A stretch of DNA of 64,000 nt from Octopus sinensis (lineage: Eukaryota): the NCBI RefSeq assembly GCF_006345805.1, contig NC_043001.1:121706001-121770000 (forward strand). Reading direction: 5' to 3'. Below the pieces are notes generated by a model. The model did not search any database. It saw only the letters and a program-made list of their open reading frames with translations, and was not told the origin of the DNA. Shown in pieces: positions 13,420 through 27,160 of this stretch (positions are counted from its first letter, which is position 1; every line of letters starts with the position of its first letter). The translations under genes were made by a program, and so were the position numbers.

Positions 13420-14200
13420 TGATGATAGTAATGATGATGATAGTAATGATGACGACGAGGATGATGATGACAATGTTGATGACGATGTTGATGATGATGA
13501 TTTGGGTGAAGGCAGACTTCAAGTGGTCAACGCTTGCAGGATCGTAACATACATAATTGTGCTCACGAGATTGTTCAGTTGCTGCTGCTGACACCACCAA
13601 CACTACCACCAACACCACCACCACCACTGCCACCACCATCTCCACTGCTGCCACCACTACCACTCATCATTATCACCACTGCCGTAATCAACAGCACACC
13701 CAACTAGAATTCACAGCACACCCAAAACCGGTACTACATCCATCATCATCATCATCATCACAACCATAAACCATCCCAAACCGGACTTATGTTCATCAGC
13801 ATCATCACCATCACCGTCATCTTCATCATCATCACTACTATAGACACACCCAAAACCAGCACTAGGACCACCACCACCACCATCACCGCCACCACCACTG
13901 CCACCATTACCATCATCATCATCACCACTGCCATTACCACTACCACCATTGCCACCACTACCACCACCACCACCATCATCAAACTGCCATTACCATCACC
14001 ACCACCACCACAGCCATTACCACCACCACCACCACTGTCACCATTACCATCACCATCATCACCACTCCCTTTACCACTACCACCACTGCCACCACTAACA
14101 CCACCACCATCATCACCACAGCCATTACCACCACCACCACCACCATCAACACTGCCATTACCATTACCACCACCATCACTGCCATCACTACCATCGTCAC
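13420..14200. repeat. (GAT)n/(ACC)n low-complexity region
   Basis: Trinucleotide arrays that generate spurious ORFs. Confidence 0.85.
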
Positions 14201-14944
14201 CTTGTCATTGATACGTAAATGGTCAATTAATATTCTAAGCATGAATCAGCCACCACCATACCAAACGACATCACATTACACCACCACACTACATTCATAT
14301 TCTGTAATTCAGTTTCCGGTTACAAAACATAAAATAAAAATCTCTTTCCTTTTTTTTTTTTTATATTTTATTCATTTTCTTTTCTCGAGTAAAACTAACA
14401 ACAAATAGAGGAAATAACAAATGAAAGGGTCAGCAGAGTTTTAATTGATGATAATGGTCAGCGCCACAGTTATCATCATCATCATCATCATCATCACCAC
14501 CATCATCATCATCATCACCATCATTATTTAACGTCCACTTTTCCCAGCTTGCATGGGTTGGACAGAGTTTATTTGAGGCGGATTTTCTATGGCCAGAGGT
14601 CCTTCTTGTCACTGACCCTCACATGTTTCTAAGCAACGAAATGTTTCCATATGACGTGGTTTTGCAGAATACTGGAAATGAATGATGTTGCTTGTCCAAC
14701 AGTGACACTCATTTACAACTAACATGTGATATCAAAACAAGGAGATACACACACACACACACACAAACACATATGACAGGCTTCTTTCAGTTTCCATCTA
14801 CTCACAAGGATTTGATTGGCTTGGGGCTATAAAAGAAGACACTTGCCCAAGATTCCATGCAGTAGGACTGAACCCATAACTTTTCGGATGGAAAGCAAAT
14901 TTCTTATCATAGCCTCACAGAGACAATGACAAGCAACTGAGACC

Positions 14945-15380
14945 ATTGAAGATATGCTGTGATCGAGAAAACCCGACAAGTCAAGTGAGATCGTAGCTGT
15001 GGCTGACGCCAATGTCGCATAACTGGCCTGTTTAAAATTACTCTTTAATCGTCAGGCAATATTCTGTGCATGATAATACCTGTTAAGTCAAGCGAAATCG
15101 TAGTCATGACTGATGCCAGTGCCACCTGAGTGGCACCTGTGCCGGTGAAACGTATGGGGCACTATTCGAGTATGGTTGATGCCAGTGCCATCTGACTGGC
15201 TCCCATACTGGTGGGATGTAAAAAGCATCCACTTCACACTTGGAGTAGTTGGCGTTAGGAAAGGCATCCAGCTGTAGAAATCTTGCCAGATCAAATTAGA
15301 GCCTGATGCAGCCTCCTGGCTTGCCAGTCCTAAGTCAAACCATCTAACTCATGCCAGCATGGAAAGTAGATGTTAATGAT
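14945..15380 (+). mobile_element. 5'-truncated RTE LINE 3' end
   Basis: Contains gagaa..cccgacaagtcaagtga (ORF2 end), ggagtagttggcgttaggaaaggcatccagctgtagaaa and a (gat)n tail. Confidence 0.8.
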
Positions 15381-15881
15381 GATCCAGTATGCAACTGGTA
15401 CTTAATTTATCGAGAATAAGTGCTAAGCCTACAAAGAATAAGTCCTGGGATCGATTTGCTCGACTAAAGGTGGTGCTCCAGCATGGCCACAGTCAAATGA
15501 CTGAAACCAGTAAAAGAGTAAAAATGTAAATAATGTACATAATTCCTCATCTCTTAAATATAGAACTGCGTGATCCTTTTCTGTTTTGAGTTCATTCCTA
15601 CAGAATGGCACTTTGAGCCGCCAGTGTCTTCTGCAAAAGCCTCAGATCAACCAATGTCTTGTGAATGGATCTGATAGACAGAAACTAAAATATCATCCTA
15701 TAGCTGTGTGTGTGTGTGTGTGTGAGTGCATGATTGAGAGAGTTTGTATTCCTCTTGCTTTGTAGACTAGGTTGGAATCCTTAATCATAAGTCTGCTCAA
15801 TCACACACGCACACACACGTGCGCGCACACACACACGGGCGTGCACACACATACAATCACACACACGCACACACACACATG

Positions 15882-15917
<36 letters not shown>

Positions 15918-16364
15918 GCTGGATCTAAACAATAACAACTAGACCAAAGGTTCCACCTTTGCCAAAAGCTTCCAGTAACTAGCTCAATAATATGGTACTA
16001 CACCATTTTCAAAAGACATAACCACATATATATATATATATATATACACACATACATAAACACATTCTACACAGATGTTCCACAAACTTTGTACTTGGCA
16101 AAGGGACAAGCTGTGTTTGTACAAGCTACCCACATATACAGAAGAATGAGTCAGAAAACACATGGAGTCTGTGCCAACAGACGTCATCGTCATCGTACCA
16201 CGTGTTCAAAGCTATGCAAAATGGTAATTAGCTCTTTGGGAATCTCTGCCGATGCTTTATGCCAGCAGTGTTTCCCAGAGATGTATTAGCCATATCTGAG
16301 ACATCACTTCTTTGGTGGGGAAAGGAGAGAAAAATTATAACGATATCTATATTTCATTACGATG

Positions 16365-16575
16365 ATCCCCATTGCATCATCATCATCATCATCATCATCA
16401 TCATGAGCATCATCATCATCATCATGAGCATCATCATCATCATCGTCATTATCGTCATCATCATCATCATCATGAGTATCATCATCATTATCATCGTCAT
16501 CATCGTCATCATCATCATCATCATCATCACCATCATCATCATCACCAGCATCATCATCATCATCGCCATCGTCAT
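16365..16575 (+). repeat. (CAT)n trinucleotide array
   Basis: Source of the poly-His, poly-Asp and poly-Ile ORFs. Confidence 0.95.
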
Positions 16576-16879
16576 GCAAACTGGGCATGCATGGTTTATT
16601 AGTACAGCAAATGTTTCTATTTAACTCTCTGCATACATCTGTGTGTGCATGTGAGGTGTGTGTGTTTGTGTACACATGTGTATGTATGTGCATGTATTTA
16701 TGTTTGTACGTATGCATGTACCTGTCTGTCTATCTATCTATCTAGCTCTGTGTGTGTGTATATACACACACAAACACACACATGTGTGTGTACATTTATA
16801 CATAAACATATGCATGCATAAATGTAAAAGCTTATAAGTTTGCATATACACACATTCAAACACATTTAACATGAATACC

Positions 16880-16911
<32 letters not shown>

Positions 16912-16949
16912 TATTCAAAGATATGCATCTATATTTGGAAATATTCTCT

Positions 16950-18330
16950 GTGACAAGTGAAACCTCACAAGAAATCGCTTGAATATTACTAAAGACCCTA
17001 ACAATCCAGCCCCGTACAGAGAAAACTAGAACAGAAGATGTATATCAAAACTACTAAAGCTTCAATGGTTGGTTTCTAATGAAGTAAGATCAAGGATGGA
17101 ACTCACAGACGCTAAGCAGATAAAATGAAATCCAAAGTCTTTCTACTGCTATGCACATGAATCTCTTGAAATCATAAATCAGTTAACTTCAATTTTCACG
17201 ATAGCTCACCACTACATGATACTTCATGGATTTGTCATTTGTTCAAAGAGTAATATGAAAGCGTCTTATTTTGCAACCAGACCTATCTTATGAGACAGTA
17301 ACTTCTCATGGCAATTTGATGCATATAAACTTAACAGAACAGGTGTGGGAGTGGCTGTGTGGTAAGTAGCTTGCTCACCAGCCACATGGTTCCGGGTTCA
17401 GTCCCACTGCGTGGCACCTTGGGCAAGTGTCTTCTACTATAGCCTCGGGCCAAGCAAAGCTTTGCGAGTGAATTTGGTAGACAGAAACAGAAAGAAGCCC
17501 GTTGTATATATACATATATAGATACACACACACGCACATATATGTTTGTGTGTCTGTGTTTGTCCCCGCCACCATTGCTTAGCAACTGATGTTGGTCTGT
17601 TTATGTCCCCATTACTTAGCAGTTCAGCAAAAGAGATCGAGGGAATATGTACTAGGTTTACAAGTATTGTGTTTCTTGAGTAAAACGATTTGCAAGGGCA
17701 TTATTTATTATCCCGTCATATCGTACTTTGAACATGCGATGCAACAGCAGACAACGCTAAAGTAACACTAGAGACCAAAGTCAAATGATGGTATCTATGT
17801 GTTCCAACAAGATCTAGACACCATACAGAAATGGGTACATGACAGTAACCTATCATTTAATACCATGAAACTCCAGGTCAATCTTCACAGAAAGAAGAAC
17901 CCCAACATGATATTCTACTTTACGAAATAGGGAGAAAAAAATTTCAAAACATGACAAGTTCATAACCTGGACAGGGCTATGTACGAAGCTGCATGTTTTG
18001 CTAAACATATTCACAAACTGTTGATAAGGCTGAGTACTAATAATACGGAGAATGAAGCACCTGCCTGCGATGCTAACATTTCCTGTTAACAAAATTGTCT
18101 GTTATCTCTATATTCTTAAATGCCTTTGGAGTCATTCTATAAACATTCAGGAAATAAAAATCTCTTATAAACAGGCAAGGGTTCCAAAGAGGAAGTGCAC
18201 CCAGCTGAAAGTATCCTGCCTCAAAGTTTACTTCTGGTTAAGCCATATCAGCATGAAAGACACCTTGCAGACTGACTATTGCAGTTTGCAGGGTACTTTT
18301 TGCACTGCAAACATGTATTACGTGTATAAT
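16950..18330 (+). mobile_element. Decayed CR1/L2-type LINE ORF2 remnant, interrupted by a SINE
   Basis: IK*NPKSFYCYA (~17130-17160) matches the CR1 EN-RT linker KxNPKxFY. ADNAK...FQQDLDTIQKWVHDSNLSFNTMKLQV (~17745-17880) matches the (Y/F)ADD..LQxDLD..W...N..FN..K RT region. Multiple stops and frameshifts. Confidence 0.65.
17340..17664 (+). mobile_element. SINE family A, 3'-truncated, nested in the CR1 remnant
   Basis: Matches the 5182-5632 copy. Confidence 0.88.
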
Positions 18331-18498
18331 AAACATGTATTATACATGTAATAATTAAATTATATAATAAATACTTTATTATGTTTTGTTATGATTGTGA
18401 TCTGCCAGTCCATGAAACAAAAAAGTTGGAATACTGCCATAAGGCATCCTATTTCATGCTCCATCAGTTCTATTACTCCAGCCTCACCGGATATATAT

Positions 18499-18891
18499 AG
18501 TAGCTGTGTGGTAAGTAGCTTGTTTACTAACCATGTGGTTCCGGGTTCAGTCCCCACTGTGTGGCACCTCAGGCAAGTGTCTTCTACTATAGCCTCGGGA
18601 AGACCAAAGCCTTGTGAGTGGATTTGGTAGACGGAAACTGAAAGAAGCCTATCGTATATATACATATATAGATACACATACACACATGTTTGTGTGTCTG
18701 TGTTTGTCCCCACCACCATCACTTTGCAACCGATGTTGGTGAGTTTACGTCCCCATTACTTAGCGGTTTGGCAAAAGAGACCAATAGAATATGTACTAGG
18801 TTTACAAAAAAGAAGTCCTGGGGTTAATTTGTTTGACTAAAGGTGGTGCTCCAGCATGGCCACAATCAAATGACTGAAACAAATAAAAGAA
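18499..18891 (+). mobile_element. SINE family A
   Basis: Matches the 5182-5632 copy. Confidence 0.88.
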
Positions 18892-18911
18892 TATATATAT
18901 GTGTATATCTC

Positions 18912-19217
18912 AAGGCGCGTGGCTTAGTGGTTAGGGCCCTAAACTCATGACTTCAATTCCTGGAGATGTGTTGTGTCCTTGAGCAAGACACTATATTTCA
19001 CGTTGCTCCAGTCCACTCAGCTGGCAAAAATGAGTAGTAACTGTATTTCAAAGGGCCAGCCTTGTCATACTCTGTGTCACACTGAATCTCCCTGAGAACT
19101 ACGTTAAGGGTACACGTATCTGTGGAGTGCTCAGCCACTTGCACGTTAATTTCACGAACAGGCTGTTCTGTTGATCGTATCGGCTGGGACCCTTGTCATC
19201 GTAACTGACCGAGTGCT
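18912..19217 (+). mobile_element. SINE family D variant (CORE-like gtgtccttgagcaagacact)
   Basis: tRNA-like head (tggcttagtgg); the 3' ~150 bp match the 11848 copy. Confidence 0.85.
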
Positions 19218-19325
19218 CCTCATGTATATATATATAAAATTTCATTTAGTGATACTAATAACCTGGTGTTAGAATTCACTATATACATCCTACAGAACAA
19301 AGCATCAGTCGAGTACAGAACAGTA

Positions 19326-19615
19326 ATGGGAAATTAAAATGACAAAGGAATAAGAAATTATGCCATGGACTTCATTAGCTTACAGCTGTTTCTGCTATAA
19401 GGTACAATGCACCCATAGTTGAAAGCTTTTGTATTACTGTATGGCTTTATCAGAGCTTCAAACATGAAGTGCAATTTTATTTGGGAAAACATGAAACTAT
19501 ATAGGTTGATACACAAGCATTTAACTATGAGTGCATTGCACCCTTTGGCGGAAACAACTGTAAGCTAGTGAAGTGTGTGCCATAATTTCTTATTCCTTTA
19601 TCATTATAATTTCTT

Positions 19616-19617
<2 letters not shown>
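19326..19617. mobile_element. Fold-back element (~100-bp inverted arms) with hammerhead-like motif on the minus strand (19377-19457)
   Basis: Arms at 19326-19427 and 19516-19617. Minus strand reads agct-CTGATAA-A-gc...gc-A-GAAAC-AGCT-GT-A-agct. Same family as 54384-54568. Confidence 0.65.
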
Positions 19618-19658
<41 letters not shown>

Positions 19659-20559
19659 TAGATAGATAGATAATAGATAGAGAGAGAGAGAGAGGAGAGA
19701 GAGAGAGATGGAAAGAGGGATTCATAGATAAATAGATATATATATCTATATCAACATAATATTTATATATCATACATAGATATACACAGACATACATATT
19801 GGTGTCTTTAGTGGTGGATTGGATCATATCCAGGAGATACAAAATATAAACCCACCCAACCTTGCCAATCAGATAATGTCAATTCTTACACATTATTTAT
19901 TTTAACAGTTGATTATTATTATTTCTGTAAACAGATCTGTTTTATCTGGAGCACATTACTTTACCTGCCTTTCTACTCTGTTCTCTTTCTGTCACTCTTT
20001 GTCTCCCCATGAGCAGCACACATATACACACCTATTCCCTAACCCTCTTGCCACCTCTTTCGGCTTATACAAACATACAGATGCTCGCCCTAGATAACAA
20101 CTATATAGAGTGCATGCATAAACACACATATGCATGCATATATATACACATATGGGCTAACATACATGTTCTTAAAATACATGCAGTCAGGCAGTACATA
20201 CCAATACAAAGCCATCAACAAACATTTGCACACACACACTCACACATACATACACATTTGTTATTAGTGATGGAAGCAGCATTGGTTCAAATTAGTAATT
20301 TGTATATCATACTTAAAGCATATATACTGTTGCAAGTCTTTTAAACTGTGGTACCTGTCTCAAGGATGCATCTCTTAAGGATGTATATATGTGAAGGGGA
20401 AGAAAGAGAAAAAGAAGGAAAACTAAGATATTTCAACCATCTCTTAAGATTGGTGGGGACTGATGAATATGTGTGCGTTCGACTAAAGGCGGTGCTCCAG
20501 CATGGCCGCAGCCAAATGACTGAAAGAAATAAAAGAATATATAATATATCAACATCATC

Positions 20560-20880
20560 GTCATCATCATTATCATATAACATCTGTTGTCCATGCTGGC
20601 ATGGGTTGGAAGGTCTGACCAGGGCTGGAAAGCTGCACCAGACTCCAGTCTGATTTGGCATAGTTTTCTATGACTGGATGCCCTTCCCAATGCCAACCAC
20701 TCTGAGAGTGTAATGGGTGCTTTTATGTGCCATCATCACAGGTGCCATTTGCACGACACCAGTATCCGCCACAACTACAATTTTGCTCGGCTTGATGGGT
20801 CTTCTTCTCAAGCATGGCATAATGCCAAAGGTCTCAGTTATCGCCTCCGTGATGCCCAAAGCTTGAAAGGGAATCTGCCA
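20560..20880 (-). mobile_element. RTE LINE 3' end
   Basis: (cat)n tail followed by the reverse complement of the RTE 3' UTR and ORF2 end (cttctcaagcatggc). Confidence 0.8.
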
Positions 20881-21148
20881 CTTTGCCTCCATGAGGCCCA
20901 ACACTCAAAAGGAACCCAGCCATGATCCTACGACCATGAGTCCGCTGCCATAACCAGTGGTCCACTGTGCCTCCACACACACACATATTTATATATATTT
21001 CTACCACTTCTACACAGCACGTTCCTTGGATAATGAAACTGCAACTATAACATCCTACATATATTTTTATTTTTACTTTTAAGTGCTTATTTCCCATTAT
21101 ACTCCTTCTTTCCATCCTTTTCCAAAATAACTTCTCATATCGAACTCT

Positions 21149-21300
21149 ACTATTTCCCTCTACTTAACCATGATGGTTAAATAGAGGGAAATAGTTTCCC
21201 TAATATCTCAGAAATAGCTGTAAGACTAACTTTCTCTTTATAAATGTCCGGAAAATTCCACACAGCCTTAGTTTTGATGTTTCATTTTATTTAACATACA
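21149..21300 (+). mobile_element. 47-bp palindrome fused to the 3' half of a hammerhead-bearing repeat
   Basis: Arms 21149-21171 and 21173-21195 match at 22 of 23 positions. They are followed by tatctc-A-GAAAT-AGCT-GT-A-agac and a tail homologous to 33125-33200. Confidence 0.6.
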
Positions 21301-21304
21301 TATA

Positions 21305-21346
<42 letters not shown>

Positions 21347-22599
21347 CAAACGCATACACATACACACACACACAACCTCATTTACACATGCAAATGAACT
21401 CACAGTTGGATAACAACATGACATATCTGTATGGTTCTGTCACCACCACTTCCGCCACTGCTGTCACTACCACCACCATCACCACCATCACCACCACTAC
21501 CACTAACATCGCCACCACAGTATTTCCATATGAAGTATATCATTTTATAAACATTCTGGAATGTTTCGGTTGGTATTTCCAAACATCATTTCAAGTAAGA
21601 ATTTGAAAAACAAAGTTTTGTTTTAATAACTGCTGGTAATAAGGAACCCCAGCCAAGATCATGGAATTAGAAATGTAACAGGCGAGACATGTTTGAAATG
21701 CCAGGCTGCCAAAATAAACAGACATTGACAAAAATCTGTTTAAATCTTCATACAGGATTGGATCTCAGAGATTTCTAAGATGTTCCATATTCTAACCTTA
21801 TTCCAGAAGTTTCTGCTTCCAACAATAAATACAAGACGAGCAGAAAAATATTAATTTTAGATAATGTGTGAATTTGGTATATTTTATATTTCAGAGCATG
21901 CCGACCACAAGCAAAATGCATAAATAAATATATAAAATAATAATAAAATAATGAAAGAAACCCCGGTAAAAGCTGTTTTTGTAACCCTATGGGAGGTCTA
22001 ACAGTAGAGAAATAAATACTTGAAAGTACTTAAAAGTACTTAAAAGATGTTATTACTGTGATTCTAAATAAACTAAATATGAAGTGTTTAAGGACTTTTG
22101 ACAATGTTATAGTGTAGTTTTGGGCAACCTTTTTCAAGAAGCAAGCCACATGAGGCATGGCTCACCAGAAGGTGGGCTGCACTACTGAAAAGAATGTTAA
22201 TAAATGTTATTTTCCTTGTGAAATTAGGTGCGCCATTCAGAAAGACGCAAAGGCTGCAGTTTGCCCATGACTGCTACAGAACATCAGAACAGTATAAGGT
22301 TGACTCTACCAACTGAATCTATGGATTGTTCAAGGACAGCAAAGTTGACCCATACAGGATTTGAACTCGGAACACAGAAAGGTATAATTAAATACTACAA
22401 AGTGCTCCAGGAAACAATACCTTGTCAAAAAGAGTTGGGTTTTTTTTAATACAAATATCATTTTATATTATTTTCTTTTATTTACCATTTCAGCCCATCT
22501 TCTAAACAATGTCTGTCTGTTCATAAATATGTTTTCCAATTCCCAAACCAAGCAGTTCATCATTTTCTTCAGCTAAGCACTTTGTTTCACATTCTTTTC

Positions 22600-22980
22600 T
22601 ACTCTAAGCACAAGACCCAAAATCTTTAGGGAGGGGGCCAGTTGATTAGATCAACCCCAGTACTACTTAATTTATTGACCCCGAAAGGATGAAAGGCAAA
22701 GTCGACCTTGGCGGAATTTGAACTCAGAACATAACAGCAGACGAAATACCTATTTCTTTACTACCCACAAGGGGCTAAACACAGAAGGGACAAACAATCC
22801 GACAAACGGATTAAGTCGATTATATCAACCCCAGTGTGTAACTGGTACTTATTTAATCGACCCCAAAAGGATGAAAAGCAAAGTCGAGCTCGGCGGAATT
22901 TGAACTCAGAACATAACAGCAGACGAAATACGGCTACGCATTTCGCCCGGCATGCTAACGTTTCTGCCAGCTCGCCTCCT
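22600..22980 (-). mobile_element. Tandem partial and full copies of SINE family C
   Basis: atcgaccccgaaaggatgaaaggcaaagtcgac...gaatttgaactcagaacataac occurs twice; the head ends at gccagctcgcc (~22975). Confidence 0.85.
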
Positions 22981-23139
22981 TAAAACACTTATTTCACATT
23001 GTTCCAGTTCAATGAGCTAAAAGTGAGTACCAGCAACAGTCAGGGGTTAACTCTGCAATTGTCAAGGAATTGAAACCATGACCTTATGATTGCAAACTCA
23101 GTGACTTAATCACTAGACCACACATCTTCACAGACAAAT

Positions 23140-23470
23140 AACTGGCCCTCTGTTGGTTACAACAACAACTATTCCAACTGACCTGATCAACGAAACACTC
23201 TGCTCGCGAAATTAATTTGCAAGAAGCGGGGCACTCCATAAACATGCATACCCTTAACATAGTTCTAAGGAAAATTCAGCATGACACAGAATGCAACAAG
23301 GCTGGCCCTTTGAAAAACAGGTACAACTCACTTTTGCCAGCTGAGGGGACTGGAGCCACATGAAATAAAGTATCTTGTCAAGGATACAATGCACCACCAG
23401 GTATTGAACTTGTGACCTTAAGATCATGAGCTGGATACACTAACCACTAAGCCAAGCACCTTCACGGACA
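23140..23470 (-). mobile_element. SINE family D variant
   Basis: Reverse complement of the 18912-19217 type. Confidence 0.75.
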
Positions 23471-23959
23471 AATACTGGAGTCATTATAATATCTTGATTT
23501 TAATTTGTGGTCCTGTCCCTATACGCTAACCCATTTGAAAATCCTGCTGTACCAGAGCGTTGCCTGCCAACATCAATCAATGCAGAAGAGACAAGGAAAA
23601 TTACTTCCATGTTCATTGAGAGGTTGAATGCATGCTGTCAACGGGGTCTATGCTGAACACTCGAGATCACCCAAGACAGAATTACAAACTGTGAAGTCTT
23701 GAGAAGGAGATTGTGGCAGAAAGAAAAGTAAGACTTGCAAATCAGGTTTTCCAGCCACCAGAAGGATGAATATTTAAGGCAGCTAAAAAATGAGAATCAC
23801 GAGAGGGCCAAAGAGGGAGATGGAGACTCAAGAAGACATGATGCACTTACTTCAAAGATCTGAAGCAGTGGTTCCCAACCAGGGTCCATTTAAGTTTTTG
23901 GGGGTCCACGCAACAAAATAACACATGCCAGCTAAGCTGCAGTAATTTTTGTCTGGTTC

Positions 23960-24185
23960 CCAAAGCATCAAGTGCCAAAAATGGACTTTCTTATCCTCTA
24001 TTTTAAAGGGTTATAAAATTAACACAGGTTATAGGAACATAAACCTTCTTCCATGAAAAGATAGTTTAAACTGTGCTCTAAATGGAGGTGTGGTCAAATC
24101 CTACTTAATGGACTCAACCATGTTCTAAAATAAGTCGAAAGGTAAGCTACTACAAATCGGCACAAACTTTCCGGACAACCCAATA
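23960..24185 (-). mobile_element. Tc1/mariner terminal fragment
   Basis: Minus strand begins TA-ttgggttgtccggaaagtttgtgccgattt (24154-24185), a mariner-type TIR. No partner TIR was found and the inner boundary is uncertain. Confidence 0.5.
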
Positions 24186-24754
24186 TTTTGGCTGGCATCA
24201 TACAAGTTCACCCATTCATACGCTTGATGAAATAGAATTCCGTAACCAGAAATAAAGAATTAGTCATTTTCAGAAATACTAATGATAACTGAGAAGATGT
24301 TACCTGATTAAAGGATTGAAATGTTTGCACCTGGAATTACTGGCTGGCGCCTCAAGCTTTATTATTTAATTACCGATATTCATTATTTAATCATTGCATG
24401 TTCTTCCTCAAACCTAAGAGAGGTGTGAGAACTGTAGTAATACTAATTGAAAATTACTGAAACTAAAATCTAATTATCACATGGTTATAACTGTTATTCA
24501 TTCTAACAACTCTGAAAGGATTAAACCAATAAGGGAGTACCTATCTGGTTACTGAACTTGCTAGAAATAACAGCTAATTTCCTTCAAATAAGCACTAGCA
24601 CATTTAAACAAGAAGGGTAAAAACTGGACAAAGTAGCACTTGATATATTGGCACTTAGTTACAGTGACGAGGGTTCCATTTGATTCAATCAACTCATCTA
24701 TGCTTCCACTTCCATAGATGAGGTGATCTAAGGTGAACATTTGCCTAGTCTGGA

Positions 24755-25050
24755 ATTAATCATGCATTGGCCGATGCCTCCTGACTGGCTCCTGTGCCAG
24801 TGGAATGTAAAAAGCACCATTTGAGCGTGGTTGATTCCAGTACCGCCTGACTGGCCTCCATGTAAAAAGTACCCACTATACTCTTGGAGTAGTTGGCATT
24901 AGGAAGGGCATCCAGCTGTAGAAACAGTGCCAGATCAGATTGGAGCCTGGTTGCAGCCACTGGCTTTCCAGACATCAGTTAAACCATCCAACCCATGCCA
25001 GCATGGAAAACGGATGTTAAACAATGATGATGACAAAGATGTGAAGATGC
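24755..25050 (+). mobile_element. RTE LINE 3' UTR copy
   Basis: Two ~65-bp subrepeats, aggaagggcatccagctgtagaaa and a (gat)n tail. Confidence 0.85.
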
Positions 25051-26127
25051 ATGTCTCAGTGGTTAGAGCATCGAGTTCACAATCATGAGGTAGTGGGTTT
25101 GATTCCTGGACCGGGTTGCGTGCTGTGTTCTTGAGCAAGAAACTCTATTTCACGTTGCTCCAGTTAGCTCATCTTTAGAAATGAGTTGTGGCATCACTGG
25201 TGCCAAGTTGTTTCGGTCTTTCCTTTTCTCTTGGCATGGAGTGGGGGGGGGTCTAGTAAGCATGGGCGACTGCCCACACTTGTGCCTCGGATGGGAACTT
25301 TCTAGGTTCAATCCCATGAACATTAATGACCAAGGTGGCGGGGTGTCTTTACTTTTACTTTTAATCATGCATTATTTCATAACTTCAATATATCAATGAT
25401 TCAATGATGTGACTGTTTATGTTTAGACTGACATTATAGGATACATGTGAGAAGCCACATGTGGCCAGTCTGAACATATAACAGGAAGAATATCTGGGGG
25501 TGGATATAGTTGGTTTGAGTACTAAAGGGTTAAGCTATTTTATTGCTCTGATAATTATATAAAATGAGAATCCATATAGACTGTCACTCCTCTTTGGACA
25601 TCACAGAAGAAAACTAGTTTTTGCACTGAATAGGAAGACTTAGACTAAATGGAAGTTTTCATTCAAGTTTATTCAAGTTTAAAATTTTCTCTTTCTCTCA
25701 TTCACACCCTCTCTCTCGTAAACACACTCACATATGCACACATACATATGCATGCACACACATACACACACACGCTAAAGGTCTTTCCTTTAGAATGTTT
25801 GAAATCTATAATTAAGAGTTTCAAGTGCTTCTTTCCTTTGACAGAAGCAGATCAAAATACGAGAGGGCGGTGGAAACATTCTTGGAATTGCACAAGAATT
25901 TCCTTTACATGCTGTTCTTGAGATGATGACGACAATGATGATGACGATGACAGTGATGACGATAATCTACTAATATAATTAGCAATGTGTCTCCTTCATT
26001 TTATTTACTGAATGCCCTTCCTCCTGCAAGGTACTTCCACAATATCTGATCATCTTAGAAATAGTGACACGTTGTTTAGTTTGTTGAATGTCGAGTAGGA
26101 ATGTACACAAGTTGAACTGTCATTCAT

Positions 26128-26800
26128 ATATCATCATCATCATCATCATCGTTTAACATCCGCTTTCCATGCTGGCATGGGTTGGACGATTTGACTGAGA
26201 ACTGGTGAACCAGATGGTTGCACCAGGCTCCAATCTGATCTGGCAGAGTTTCTACAGTTGGGATGCACTTCCTAATGCCAACCACTCCGAGAGTGTGGTG
26301 GGTGCTTTTACGTGCCACCAGCATGAGGGCCAGTCAGGCGGTACTGGCAACAGCTATGCTCAAATGGTGTTTTTTACGTGCCACCTGCACAGGAGCCAGT
26401 CCAGCGGCACTGGCAACAACCTCACTCGAATGCTTTTTCACGTGCCACCAGCACAAGTGCCAGTAAAGCAACGCTGGTAAGGATCACACTCAAATGGTGC
26501 TTTTTACATGCCACTGGCACGGAAGCCAGTCAGCTGCTCTGGCAACGATCACACTCGGATAGTGATCTTAGCGCTCCACTAGCATGGATACCAGTCATCG
26601 AATTTGATTTCGATTTCAATTTCACTTGCCTCAACAGGTCTTCACAAGCAGAGTTTAGTGTCCAATGAAGGAAAGGTATGCATAAGTGGGCTGGTTACAC
26701 CCTTGGCATAGGCCATGGGTTATGGTCTCACTTGACTTGACGGATCTTCTCAAGCACAGTATATTTCCAAAAGTCTCAGTCACTAGTCATTGCTTCAGTG
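26128..26800 (-). mobile_element. RTE LINE 3' end with ~5 internal subrepeats
   Basis: (cat)n tail; subrepeat anchors at ~26302, 26367, 26430, 26497 and 26560; ORF2-end homology near 26740-26800. Confidence 0.85.
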
Positions 26801-27160
26801 TAGTCATCACCTCAGTGAGACGTGCGTGTGTAAAGGCGTGTGACCTAGTGATTGCTAGATCGACGGTTCAATTCTCTGACTTGGTGGTATATTGTGTTCT
26901 TGAACAAAGCACTTCATTTCACGTAGCTCCAGTCCCTCTTTTGATCAGGCAGGAACATTGGCCTGCTTGCCTAGCTGGCGGGGTGGCATCACTTGAAGCT
27001 AAAACGATGCAAAGTGCATTGTGACCAGTGATGTGTAACAACATCTGATAGCCTGGTCAGTCATGTGATCATATATGTGTGTGTGTATGTATATGTGTAT
27101 ATATCTATGTGTGTCATTGTGTTTGTCTTCCACCACCACTTGACAACTGGTATTGGATTT

